From: an uncultured Mycoplasma sp.
Lineage (GTDB): Bacteria > Bacillota_I > Bacilli_A > RF39 > UBA660
DNA length: 57,730 nt
Direction: 5' to 3'
Assembly: GCA_946500895.1 (NCBI GenBank)
Contig: CAMMXG010000005.1
Coordinates: forward strand, 1-57,730
Under the pieces are notes generated by a model. The model did not search any database. It was not told where the DNA came from and saw only the letters and a program-made list of their open reading frames with translations. The position numbers and the translations under genes were made by a program. Below are positions 29,920-39,283 of this stretch, piece after piece. Numbering within the stretch: the stretch's first letter is position 1; every line of letters begins with the position of its first letter.

Positions 29920-31278
29920 GTGTTGAATATGAAATTCAAAGTTTTAAAGCAAAGTCATTTAAAGAGAAATATATTAATTGGAGTAATAGTAGTAGCAATC
30001 ATTAGTGCCATTGTACTTAATTTTACTAGAGCAAAATATAGAAATACACAGTCGATACCACTTGTAAATGGCACGATTAATTATAGTTTGGCAGATTTAA
30101 ATATTGTAGCGATTACTGTTGATGGAGAACCATCTGATACTATACCAGAAGGTAATTATGAATTAACAGAAGAAAGCTATTGTACCATAAATGGCGAAGA
30201 AGATAGCAGTATTACTATCAGCTATGAAGCGGATATACAACTACTTACTTTAACACCATTTACAACTAAGGGAACTAAATGTTATTTAGATTTTAAAAAA
30301 GCAACCACACGACCAGTTGACACAACATTACTAGGAACAATCAATGTTAATTTAGATACCCCAGACTTTAGTAAATCCAGTTGCACGAATGGTAGTAACG
30401 ATGGAGGCGATTGCGGAGAAGAAACTGTAGGAATTTATGAAGAAACAACTAGTAGAGGAACAACTTACTACTGGCGTGGGGATGTAGATAATAATTACTT
30501 GATATTTGCAAATAAATATTGGCGAATTATCCGAATCAATGCAGATGAAACAATACGAATTATCTATAGCGGAGAAAAATCAGAAGTGGATGCAGCTGGA
30601 AAGGAGAGAGTGTTAGCAAATGGATATTATGATGGAATTACCGATTATAAACAAATCCAAGAAAGTGCATTCAATAGTTTGAGAACTGCAAGTTACTATG
30701 TAGGATATACATACCAAACGAATGCACAAAGGCCAAGTAGTCAAAATGAAGGAACCGCAAGTACAATCAAAGAAATATTAGATACATGGTATAGTAATAA
30801 TTTAGCAAGTTATGATAATAAAATAGCAAGTGGAGGAAGTGCAGGATTCTGTAATGACAGAAATTCATATTTGAATACTAGTGGAACAACAGCATCATGG
30901 GTAGCAAGTGGAAGTACTATTTATTATGCACCATTTGTAAGAGTATATACAACACATCAACCAACCTTAGAGTGTGGTAATAATAGTGATTTGTATACAA
31001 CAAAGATAGGACTCAGTACAGCAGATGAAGTTATGTATGCAGGACAAGGTAATAGTAATTTGGGATATTATCTTTATACAGGGAGTTCTTATTGGACCAT
31101 GTCTCCGTATTATTATAATGTTTATGCTCGTGTGTTCTATGTGCATCGGTATGGCTATCTCATGGACACCACTGTGGATACCGTGTATGGTGTCCGACCT
31201 GTCATTAATCTTTCATCTGATGTTACCATAACAGGAACTGGTACAATAGATGACCCATACCAGGTAGTTGGAGCTTAA
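29920..31278 (+). CDS. Membrane-anchored DGR target-like protein with C-terminal variable repeat (probable C-type-lectin-like fold)
   Basis: N-terminal TM helix; WRIIRIN, IGLSTADE; YWTMSP...GVRPVINL C-terminus homologous to the three TRs. Confidence 0.85.
   Translation: MLNMKFKVLKQSHLKRNILIGVIVVAIISAIVLNFTRAKYRNTQSIPLVNGTINYSLADLNIVAITVDGEPSDTIPEGNYELTEESYCTINGEEDSSITISYEADIQLLTLTPFTTKGTKCYLDFKKATTRPVDTTLLGTINVNLDTPDFSKSSCTNGSNDGGDCGEETVGIYEETTSRGTTYYWRGDVDNNYLIFANKYWRIIRINADETIRIIYSGEKSEVDAAGKERVLANGYYDGITDYKQIQESAFNSLRTASYYVGYTYQTNAQRPSSQNEGTASTIKEILDTWYSNNLASYDNKIASGGSAGFCNDRNSYLNTSGTTASWVASGSTIYYAPFVRVYTTHQPTLECGNNSDLYTTKIGLSTADEVMYAGQGNSNLGYYLYTGSSYWTMSPYYYNVYARVFYVHRYGYLMDTTVDTVYGVRPVINLSSDVTITGTGTIDDPYQVVGA
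31099..31200 (+). repeat. Variable repeat (VR) homologous to TR1-3
   Basis: Shares the ATGTCTCCG, GCT, GTGTTC, GTG, GGC, CTC, GTG and GGTGT scaffold with the TRs; most TR Asn codons are replaced. Confidence 0.8.
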
Positions 31279-31288
31279 GCTCCTTTTT
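31270..31288 (+). terminator. Palindrome GGAGCTTAAGCTCC plus T-tract after the VR (terminator and/or DGR-type target hairpin)
   Basis: Perfect 14-bp palindrome over the stop codon. Confidence 0.55.
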
Positions 31289-31386
31289 CTTTTTTTTAAA
31301 TTTCATTCATTTATTAAAGACAAAATTAGAATAATATGTTAAAATATTTTTAGTTATCTAATAATTTATAAAGAGGTGTAGCATAA

Positions 31387-32172
31387 ATGGCAAAGGTAAT
31401 ATCATTAGTTAATCAAAAAGGTGGAGTTGGTAAGACGACCACTAGCATCAATTTAGCTGCAGCTTTGGGAGTAGAGGGTAAAAAAACCCTTTTAATTGAT
31501 TTAGATCCCCAAAGAAATGCTACGACTGGACTAGGACTTTCTAATGGTGATTATGAGCATGATGTTTATGAAGTTATGGCCGGAGTGTGCAGTATAAATA
31601 AGGCAATAAAAAAAACGAAATTTAAGAATTTATCCATTTTACCATCAACCATTAATTTAGCTGGTGTGGATGTAGAATTTGTTAAAAAAATGTTAGAAGA
31701 TCCTGAGTTTAGACAAAATGAGCAATTAAGAAAAGCAATAGAAGAAATTAGAGATAGCTATGATTATATTATCATTGATTGTCAACCAGCTTTGGGGCTT
31801 GCAACGATGAATGCATTGGTCGCAAGTGATTCTGTTATTATTCCTGTTCAATGTGAATTCTTTGCACTTGAGGGAATTACACAACTTCTAAATTCCATTA
31901 TTATGGTTCAATCAAGTATGAATCCAACTTTAAGAATAGAAGGAGTACTTTTGACAATGCTTGATGGTAGAACGATTATTGGCTTAGAAGTTATTGAGGA
32001 AGTTCGTAAATACTTTAAAGATAAAGTGTTTAATACGATTATTCCTAGACTCGTAAGACTCGTAGAAGCACCAAGTCATGGAAAACCGATTAATGAATAT
32101 GATCCCAAAAGTAAAGCGACAATGGCTTATGCCAATTTAGCAAAGGAAGTGATTAGTCGTGACCGAAACTAG
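31387..32172 (+). CDS. soj: ParA/Soj ATPase
   Basis: NQKGGVGKTT, DLDPQ, EAPSHG. Confidence 0.95.
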   Translation: MAKVISLVNQKGGVGKTTTSINLAAALGVEGKKTLLIDLDPQRNATTGLGLSNGDYEHDVYEVMAGVCSINKAIKKTKFKNLSILPSTINLAGVDVEFVKKMLEDPEFRQNEQLRKAIEEIRDSYDYIIIDCQPALGLATMNALVASDSVIIPVQCEFFALEGITQLLNSIIMVQSSMNPTLRIEGVLLTMLDGRTIIGLEVIEEVRKYFKDKVFNTIIPRLVRLVEAPSHGKPINEYDPKSKATMAYANLAKEVISRDRN

Positions 32173-33052
32173 GAAGAAAGCTTTAGGAAAAGGATTAGAA
32201 CAATTATTTTCTAATGAAGTTATTAACTTTGATAACTTTGAAAAGGAAATTGTGGATGAGGGTAAAACTAGTGGTGGAATTGTGGAAATTCCCCTTGATG
32301 AAATTAGGAGTAATCCTTATCAGCCACGTGTTATTTTTGACTCTGAAGCATTAGAAGAACTTGCCAATTCCATTAAAGAACATGGTGTGATTCAACCTAT
32401 TATTGTTAAGAAGGGTATTAAAGGATTTGAATTAGTAGCAGGTGAGCGTAGAACAAGAGCAGCTCGGCTTGCCGGACTTAAAAATATTCCAGCCATTATT
32501 AAAGAGTTTAATGATGTGGAAATGATGGAAATTGCTCTTATTGAAAATATTGAACGTGAAAATTTAAATCCAATTGAAGAAGCTAAAGCTTATGAAAATA
32601 TTTTGAAAATTAATAATATTACGCAAGAAGAATTGGCTCGTAAGTTTTCTAAGAGCAGAAGTTATATTACGAATATGTTAGGACTTCTTACTTTACCGGA
32701 TATGGTAATTAAGTTAGTTGAATCTAAAGAATTATCCATGGGACATGCGAGAGCTTTAAGCAAGCTTGAGGATCCGCGAAAAATTGAAGAATTAGCTCTT
32801 AAAATAGTACGTGATGATTTGAGTGTTCGTGATACTGAAAAAATGATTCAAGCACTTGATTTACCTAAAAAGCATACAATTAGTAGAAATAATAATTTTG
32901 ATATTCGATATAGTATTTATGAAAATTTATGTCGTGAAAAATTGGGTGTAAAAGTTAAAATTAATAATAAAAAAATAGAAATTCCTTATAAAGATGATGA
33001 AGAACTAGCAAGAATCTTAGAAGAATTAAATATAAGTGTCGAAGGAGAATAA
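32159..33052 (+). CDS. parB: ParB/Spo0J partition protein
   Basis: LGKGL, NPYQPR, AGERRTRA, LNPIEEA. Confidence 0.95.
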   Translation: MTETRKKALGKGLEQLFSNEVINFDNFEKEIVDEGKTSGGIVEIPLDEIRSNPYQPRVIFDSEALEELANSIKEHGVIQPIIVKKGIKGFELVAGERRTRAARLAGLKNIPAIIKEFNDVEMMEIALIENIERENLNPIEEAKAYENILKINNITQEELARKFSKSRSYITNMLGLLTLPDMVIKLVESKELSMGHARALSKLEDPRKIEELALKIVRDDLSVRDTEKMIQALDLPKKHTISRNNNFDIRYSIYENLCREKLGVKVKINNKKIEIPYKDDEELARILEELNISVEGE

Positions 33053-33053
33053 A

Positions 33054-33869
33054 ATGGAATTTTTAGAAAAAGCATTAGATGTAATTATGACTAAACAAAT
33101 CTTTGGAACAGCAATGGTTATTTTAATAACATTTATTTTGATTTCAATGTTTAATAAAGGCATTGAAAAAATAATGATTAAAGGTAAAACTTCTTTTGAA
33201 GTTAAAAGAAGAAAGACTATTGTTAAGCTTTTTCAAAGTTTGTTTAAGTATATCTTAATTGCAATTGCAATTCTTATTATTTTAGATTTTTATGGAGTTG
33301 ATACTAAAAGTTTAATTGCAAGTCTTGGAATTGCTGGTGTTGTTCTTGGTTTAGCACTTCAGGATACAGTAAAAGATTTAATTAGTGGTACTATGCTTAT
33401 TATGGAAAATTATTTAGCTGTTGGTGATGAAGTTACTTATAATAACTTTACTGGAGAAGTAATTGAGCTAGGACTTAGGACAACAAAAATTAAAGGTTTT
33501 GATGGTGAAGTTATGATTATTGCTAATCGTAATATTGATACTATTATTAATGCTTCGCAAAAGAAAGCAAATCTTTATATGGATATTCCTACTGCTTATG
33601 AAGAGAAAACAGAAAAAGTGGAAAAAGTATTAATAGATGTAGTTAATCAGGCAATAGAAGATAAGATAATCCTTCCAGATTCCGCTTATTTGGGTGTTAA
33701 TGGGTTTGATTCTTCGGCTGTAAATTATTTAATTAATATTCATTGTAATCAAGATGATCGCTATAAAGTAAAAAGAGAAATTTTAAAAAGAGTAAAAGAA
33801 GCTTATGAAAAAAATAAAATAAAAATTCCTTATGAACAAGTTGAGGTGCATCATGGAAAAGACATTTAA
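33054..33869 (+). CDS. MscS mechanosensitive channel
   Basis: LGLALQDTVKDLISG, GEVIELGLRTTKI; ATG 33054 follows a GAAGGAG RBS. Confidence 0.9.
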   Translation: MEFLEKALDVIMTKQIFGTAMVILITFILISMFNKGIEKIMIKGKTSFEVKRRKTIVKLFQSLFKYILIAIAILIILDFYGVDTKSLIASLGIAGVVLGLALQDTVKDLISGTMLIMENYLAVGDEVTYNNFTGEVIELGLRTTKIKGFDGEVMIIANRNIDTIINASQKKANLYMDIPTAYEEKTEKVEKVLIDVVNQAIEDKIILPDSAYLGVNGFDSSAVNYLINIHCNQDDRYKVKREILKRVKEAYEKNKIKIPYEQVEVHHGKDI

Positions 33870-34059
33870 CTTAAATGATTTGGTTATTATGAAAAAACCA
33901 CATGCTTGTGGTGAAAATAAATGGAAAATCGTTCGGGTTGGTGTAGATATTAAAATAAAATGTATGAATTGTGGTAGAGAAGTGATGATTGATCGCTTAG
34001 AGTTCATAAAAAAACTTAAAAAAGTTTTGGGTGAAGAAAATGAAGAAAAGAAATCTTAA
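33853..34059 (+). CDS. DUF951 family protein
   Basis: MKKPHACG...W.IVRVGVDIKIKC..CGR; located near parB and ychF. Confidence 0.88.
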   Translation: MEKTFNLNDLVIMKKPHACGENKWKIVRVGVDIKIKCMNCGREVMIDRLEFIKKLKKVLGEENEEKKS

Positions 34060-35590
34060 AGAAAGAATTACATTAGATCCAATTATGACGTTGTTAGTTT
34101 TAATTGTTTTAACAATTGTTATAAGTGGATTCTTGTCTTTACTTGGAGTACAAGTAACTTATAATTCTATTACCGATAGTGTTAGTTTTAATTTTACACA
34201 AAGTTTGGTTTCGGTTGAAAGTTTATTTAGTTTGAGTGGACTTAAATATATTTTTACAACTACCGTATCTAACTTTGTTTCCTTTAAACCATTATCCAGT
34301 TTAATTATTATTTTAATTGGTATTGGTGTAATGGAAAAGAGTGGATTCTTAAAAACAGTTGTTACACTTTTAACTAAAAAAGCTAAAAAGAAAACAGTAA
34401 CTTTTGTATTAGTTTTAATTTGTGTACTATCAAGTATTATGGGAGATCTTCCATTTGTTGTTATGATCCCTCTTAGTGCTTTAATCTTTATTTATGGACA
34501 TAGAAATCCTTATATTGGTATTATAGCTAGTTATGCAGCATTATCGGCGGGCTCAGGAATTAGTATATTTCTTACAAGTACTGATTCTGCTTTGATGGAT
34601 TATACACTGCTTGGAGCACATGTGCTTGATCGGTCATATACACTGGGGACAACTGCTTTTGTCTTAATTATGTTAGTAGCAGTTATTTTGGTTACCTTTG
34701 CTATTACATTTATTACTGAAAATATAATTGCTCCAAAACTTCCTAAATATGAATTTCCAGAAGAAGAGATGGAAGAAGAATTTACGCTTACGAAAAGACA
34801 ACTACGTGGTTTAGTGATTGCTGGTTTTGCTGGTTTAATCTATTTACTATTCTTTATTTACTGTATTATTCCAGGACTACCTCTATCCGGAGCATTACTC
34901 GATTATTCCCAAGAGTTTTATATTGATAAACTTTTCAGTGTTGACTCTTTCTTTAGTACAGGATTTGTCTTTGTTGTTACGATGTTCTTTGTTATTTTAG
35001 GTTTCTTCTATGGAATTGGGGCTAAAACGATTCGCAATAATAAAGATTTATGTGATGACTTAGGACATAGTTTAGATGGAATTGGTAAAACTCTTGTTAT
35101 TATCTTCTTTGCATCCACATTTATTAGTATCTTTAAGAGTACGAATATAGGTGAAGTTATTACAGCAGCGCTTGCAAATATTTTAACGATTGATGGGTTA
35201 GGGGCATTTCCTCTTATCATTATCTTGTTTGTTATTAGTGCGATTGCAACCTTGTTTTTGCCAGGTTCCACCTTTAAGTGGGCAATTATGGCAGGAATTG
35301 CAGTGCCAGCGTTTATGAATGTAGAACTTAGTCCGGAATTTGCACAAACAATATTTAGATTTGGTGAGAGTGTTACCATGGGACTTACTCCTCTTGCTAC
35401 TTATTATGTTATATATCTTGCTTATTTGGAAAAATATAATCAAAATACCAAGCCAATCAATTTATTTAAAACATTACGCTTTCAAGTTCCATATAGTGTA
35501 GCCGTTGGAGTAATACTACTTGCACTCGTAATTGTGTGGTATATTATTGGCCTTCCACTTGGTTTTGGAGGCGTTACAACATCAGTTTAG
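34040..35590 (+). CDS. AbgT-family transporter
   Basis: Multiple TM helices; GIGVMEKSG, SPEFAQ.IFRFGES, GLPLG. Confidence 0.85.
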   Translation: MKKRNLKERITLDPIMTLLVLIVLTIVISGFLSLLGVQVTYNSITDSVSFNFTQSLVSVESLFSLSGLKYIFTTTVSNFVSFKPLSSLIIILIGIGVMEKSGFLKTVVTLLTKKAKKKTVTFVLVLICVLSSIMGDLPFVVMIPLSALIFIYGHRNPYIGIIASYAALSAGSGISIFLTSTDSALMDYTLLGAHVLDRSYTLGTTAFVLIMLVAVILVTFAITFITENIIAPKLPKYEFPEEEMEEEFTLTKRQLRGLVIAGFAGLIYLLFFIYCIIPGLPLSGALLDYSQEFYIDKLFSVDSFFSTGFVFVVTMFFVILGFFYGIGAKTIRNNKDLCDDLGHSLDGIGKTLVIIFFASTFISIFKSTNIGEVITAALANILTIDGLGAFPLIIILFVISAIATLFLPGSTFKWAIMAGIAVPAFMNVELSPEFAQTIFRFGESVTMGLTPLATYYVIYLAYLEKYNQNTKPINLFKTLRFQVPYSVAVGVILLALVIVWYIIGLPLGFGGVTTSV

Positions 35591-35697
35591 GCTGGTGTTT
35601 TTTCTTTACATTGTTTTAAATTCTGTTAATAAAGAGTTTAAAACTTAGTAAAAAAAGCTTAAATCTATGTTATAATAGTTTTACTTGAGGTGATTTT

Positions 35698-36798
35698 ATG
35701 AGTTTAAAAGCAGGTATAGTAGGTCTTCCTAATGTTGGTAAGTCTACTTTGTTTAATGCTATTACCAAGAAAAATATTTTGGCAGCAAATTATCCTTTTG
35801 CAACCATTGATCCAAATGTTGGTATGGTGACTGTTCCTGATGAAAGATTGCAATTTTTAGAAGATTTATATCTTCCTAAAAGCACTGTTCCTACTACTTT
35901 TGAGTTTACCGATATTGCTGGTTTAGTAAAGGGTGCTTCTAAGGGTGAGGGGTTAGGAAATAAATTTTTAAGTCATATTAGAGAAGTAGATGCCATTGTT
36001 GAAGTCGTACGTTGTTTTGATGATCCTAATATTACCCATGTTGAAGGTAAAACGGATCCGATTCGTGATATTGAAATTATTAATGTGGAGCTTATTTTGG
36101 CTGATTTAGAAATCATTGAAAATCGATTAAATAAGATTATGAAGAAAGCTGAAACCACTAAAGATAAAGAAGCTGTAGCGGAAGTAGCAGTACTTACGAA
36201 AGCTAAAGAAAACTTAGAGAAAAATATTCCTCTTAGATTAGTAGATTTTAGTTTAGAGGAAAAACTTCTCATGAAAAATTTTAGTTTTATTACTTTAAAA
36301 CCACTTATTTATGTTGCTAATGTTTTGGAAGATGATGTTGTATTGGGTGAAAATAATTATACCAAATTAGTTAGTGATTATGCAGAAAAAGAAAACGCTG
36401 GAGTTATTGTGATGTGTTGTAAAATGGAGTCAGAATTATCTGAATTAAATGATGATGATAAGAAAATTTTTTTACAGGAACTTGGTATTAATAGTAGTGG
36501 TTTAGATCGATTGATATTTGCTACATATTCACTACTTGGACTAGAAACTTTCTTTACAGCAGGTGCTGATGAATGTCGGGCATGGACTTTTAGGAGAGGT
36601 ATGAATGCTAAGTCTTGTGCAGGACTTATTCACTCTGATATTGAGCGAGGTTTTATTAAGGCAGAAGTAATGAGTTTTGATGATTTATATCAGTATAAAA
36701 GTGAATTAAAAGTAAAAGAAGCTGGTAAACTTAGGTTAGAGGGAAAAGATTATTTGATGCAAGATGGAGATATTGTTTATTTTAGATTTAATGTTTAG
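35698..36798 (+). CDS. ychF: Ribosome-binding ATPase YchF
   Basis: GIVGLPNVGKSTLFN, DIAGLV, FRFNV. Confidence 0.97.
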   Translation: MSLKAGIVGLPNVGKSTLFNAITKKNILAANYPFATIDPNVGMVTVPDERLQFLEDLYLPKSTVPTTFEFTDIAGLVKGASKGEGLGNKFLSHIREVDAIVEVVRCFDDPNITHVEGKTDPIRDIEIINVELILADLEIIENRLNKIMKKAETTKDKEAVAEVAVLTKAKENLEKNIPLRLVDFSLEEKLLMKNFSFITLKPLIYVANVLEDDVVLGENNYTKLVSDYAEKENAGVIVMCCKMESELSELNDDDKKIFLQELGINSSGLDRLIFATYSLLGLETFFTAGADECRAWTFRRGMNAKSCAGLIHSDIERGFIKAEVMSFDDLYQYKSELKVKEAGKLRLEGKDYLMQDGDIVYFRFNV

Positions 36799-36810
36799 GA
36801 GGTTTAGAAA

Positions 36811-37806
36811 ATGGAAGATAAAATAAATGTTATTTTAGAAAATGAAGATAGGGAGACAAATAAAAAGATTAGAGAAATTTCTTTGGAAGAGTTAGCTTCA
36901 TTAATGGATTATGCTGTGAAAAATTATGATATTGAAAAAGTAAAAAAGGTGTTTCGTAGAATTGATTCTGCTCTTGGTTATGAAAGTAAAGAACATTTAG
37001 GTTATATAGTTCATGAATCTGAAAATATAAAATTAAAATTTTGTTTTGTTTATTATTTTCGCTCTCTTGATATTTTAGTTGATGATATTGTTAAGGCTCT
37101 TAAAGATTTAGGAGGGAAAAATAGCGATTTATATGATTTTATGATATCAAACTTCAATTTGCTTGGATTAATAGAAGTTGCTAGTTTAAGAGGATTATTA
37201 ATTCCTAATGAGAAAATGATTGAAGTGATAAATGAGAAATTTGATAGAAGTGATAATAAAAGGCAACTTTTTGCGTTACTTTTAGTTTATCCGAAACCTA
37301 ATCAAATGGTTCATGATTTAATTAAAAAGTATTTATTGAAACCTAAAGATATGATGGATTATTATTCAGCTTTAAATAGTGTAAATGCGCCTTTTGATTT
37401 GATTTTTGAACATTTACTTGAAGGTAGCTTTTTCCCTAAAGAATTAGGTGATTTATATCAATATTGGATTAAAGAAAAGGACTTTAGAGCCTTTTTATTA
37501 GAAGAGTATTTATATATTCATCGCATTGAAGTTCCTTTAGTTAGTGGTAGACCAAGAGTAGGTTTATTAGGTAGTGTTTTAAGGGATTCTAATTTAAATA
37601 ATTATTATTTAGTATTAAATTCTTGGCGTTTGTCTTTGCCGGAAGAGGCAAATGTGGTTCCTTTTAATTATCAAGCTTTAAAAATTTATACTGAGACAGA
37701 TTTAAATAGTGCATTAGCTAACTATCTTGATGTTGGAAGTGGGTTAGATGAGCAGTATTTAGAGTTTACTACAGTAAAGAGAGAAGAAAACTATAGGAAA
37801 CGTTAA
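36811..37806 (+). CDS. Hypothetical protein
   Basis: 331-aa ORF with AGGAGG RBS. Confidence 0.65.
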   Translation: MEDKINVILENEDRETNKKIREISLEELASLMDYAVKNYDIEKVKKVFRRIDSALGYESKEHLGYIVHESENIKLKFCFVYYFRSLDILVDDIVKALKDLGGKNSDLYDFMISNFNLLGLIEVASLRGLLIPNEKMIEVINEKFDRSDNKRQLFALLLVYPKPNQMVHDLIKKYLLKPKDMMDYYSALNSVNAPFDLIFEHLLEGSFFPKELGDLYQYWIKEKDFRAFLLEEYLYIHRIEVPLVSGRPRVGLLGSVLRDSNLNNYYLVLNSWRLSLPEEANVVPFNYQALKIYTETDLNSALANYLDVGSGLDEQYLEFTTVKREENYRKR

Positions 37807-37838
37807 ATAAATTCTTTTAGTGAATCATATGATTTAGT

Positions 37839-38573
37839 ATGATGCTAAAAGAATTTTTTGTTGATGAAAATATTACTATCCCTTTTAAATTATTTGGGAA
37901 AACCCATTTGTTTTTGATGGCGTTTGTTTTAGCTGGATTAATTTTAATTTATTCTAATCGAAAAAAAATTTATCAACTTCCTAAAGCTTGTAAAAGAAAA
38001 ATAGTCGTTGTATTTGCTATTATTTTACTTGTTAATATGCTCACCTTGTATGTTTCATCTTTTTATTATCACTCTTTTGATTATAAAACAATGTTGCCAT
38101 TTCATTTGTGTTATTTATCTAATTATTTTTATATTTTTGCAGTATTACTAAATAAAGAAAAGGGGTATTCCTATATTTATTTTCTATCTTTTTTAGGACC
38201 TATTCCGGCGATTATATTTTTTGATGTTCCGAGTTGTTGGGAATCTTTTAATTTTTATCTTTATGTGATTAGTCATCATTTGTTAGTATTTATGGGATTA
38301 TTCACATTTTATTTGTATCCGAAAAGAATTAATTGGAAACATTTAGTGAAGTTATTTATTGCTTTGAATATTCTTTACTTTTTGATGAAGATTTTTAATA
38401 TTTATTTTGATACAAATTACTTCTTTTCAGAAGTGATTCCTCCATTTATTATAGAGTTACTTCCATTTTTGAAATATTTTCCAGTTGTTATTATTTTAGA
38501 AGTTATGGAAATAATAATTATGGGAGGGTTATACTTCTTTTTTAAAAAACAGTATGGTTTACTAAAAAGTTAA
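37839..38573 (+). CDS. YwaF/TMEM164-family membrane protein
   Basis: LFGKTH, LPFHLC, SHH, TNYFF. Confidence 0.75.
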   Translation: MMLKEFFVDENITIPFKLFGKTHLFLMAFVLAGLILIYSNRKKIYQLPKACKRKIVVVFAIILLVNMLTLYVSSFYYHSFDYKTMLPFHLCYLSNYFYIFAVLLNKEKGYSYIYFLSFLGPIPAIIFFDVPSCWESFNFYLYVISHHLLVFMGLFTFYLYPKRINWKHLVKLFIALNILYFLMKIFNIYFDTNYFFSEVIPPFIIELLPFLKYFPVVIILEVMEIIIMGGLYFFFKKQYGLLKS

Positions 38574-38607
38574 CATATGTTATAATATAGATATAAGGAG
38601 AGATGAA

Positions 38608-39249
38608 ATGAATCAATTATTGTCAAAAACATTTTTATGGATGTTTGTGGGTTTATTTGTTACTTTTTTAACAGGTTATATTGTATCAATTAATGAAAAT
38701 ATGCTTTTATCTATTTTTGAAGGTCCATTGTTTTGGATTATCATTATTTTAGAGTTTGCACTTGTTATATTCTTTTCAGCAAGAGTTCATAAGATGAAGC
38801 CTATTACAGCGAAGATATGTTTCTTACTATATTCGTTTGTTAGTGGCTTAACTTTTTCAAGTATATTTGTGGTATTTGAACTTGCTAGTGTTATGTATGT
38901 CTTTTTAATAGCTGCAGTTATTTTTGCAATATTTGGAGCAATAGGGTATTTTACTAATGTTGATTTAAATAAGATTGGAACCTTTTTATTAATGGGGTTA
39001 CTTGCTATTATTATTTGCTGTGTTGTTAATATATTCTTAAATAATTCGACTTTTGATTTAATTATATCAATCATTGCTTTACTAATATTCTTTGGATTTA
39101 CAGCTTATGATATTCAAAAAGTTAAAATACTTAGTAATGCAGGAATAGATGGTGATGTGGTAGCGATTAATGGGGCTTTTGAACTTTATTTAGATTTTAT
39201 TAATATTTTCTTGCATTTGATATCTATTATTGGAGATGCTAAAGATTAG
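38608..39249 (+). CDS. Bax inhibitor-1/YccA family protein
   Basis: TAYDIQK, GAFELYLDFINIF. Confidence 0.9.
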   Translation: MNQLLSKTFLWMFVGLFVTFLTGYIVSINENMLLSIFEGPLFWIIIILEFALVIFFSARVHKMKPITAKICFLLYSFVSGLTFSSIFVVFELASVMYVFLIAAVIFAIFGAIGYFTNVDLNKIGTFLLMGLLAIIICCVVNIFLNNSTFDLIISIIALLIFFGFTAYDIQKVKILSNAGIDGDVVAINGAFELYLDFINIFLHLISIIGDAKD

Positions 39250-39283
39250 CATTTCTTTTTTTTGCAAAAATAAAAAAAGAAGA

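Noticed and set aside
31513-31515. ParA DPQRN instead of the usual DPQGN
   Set aside because: A single-base difference that cannot be distinguished from a sequencing error.
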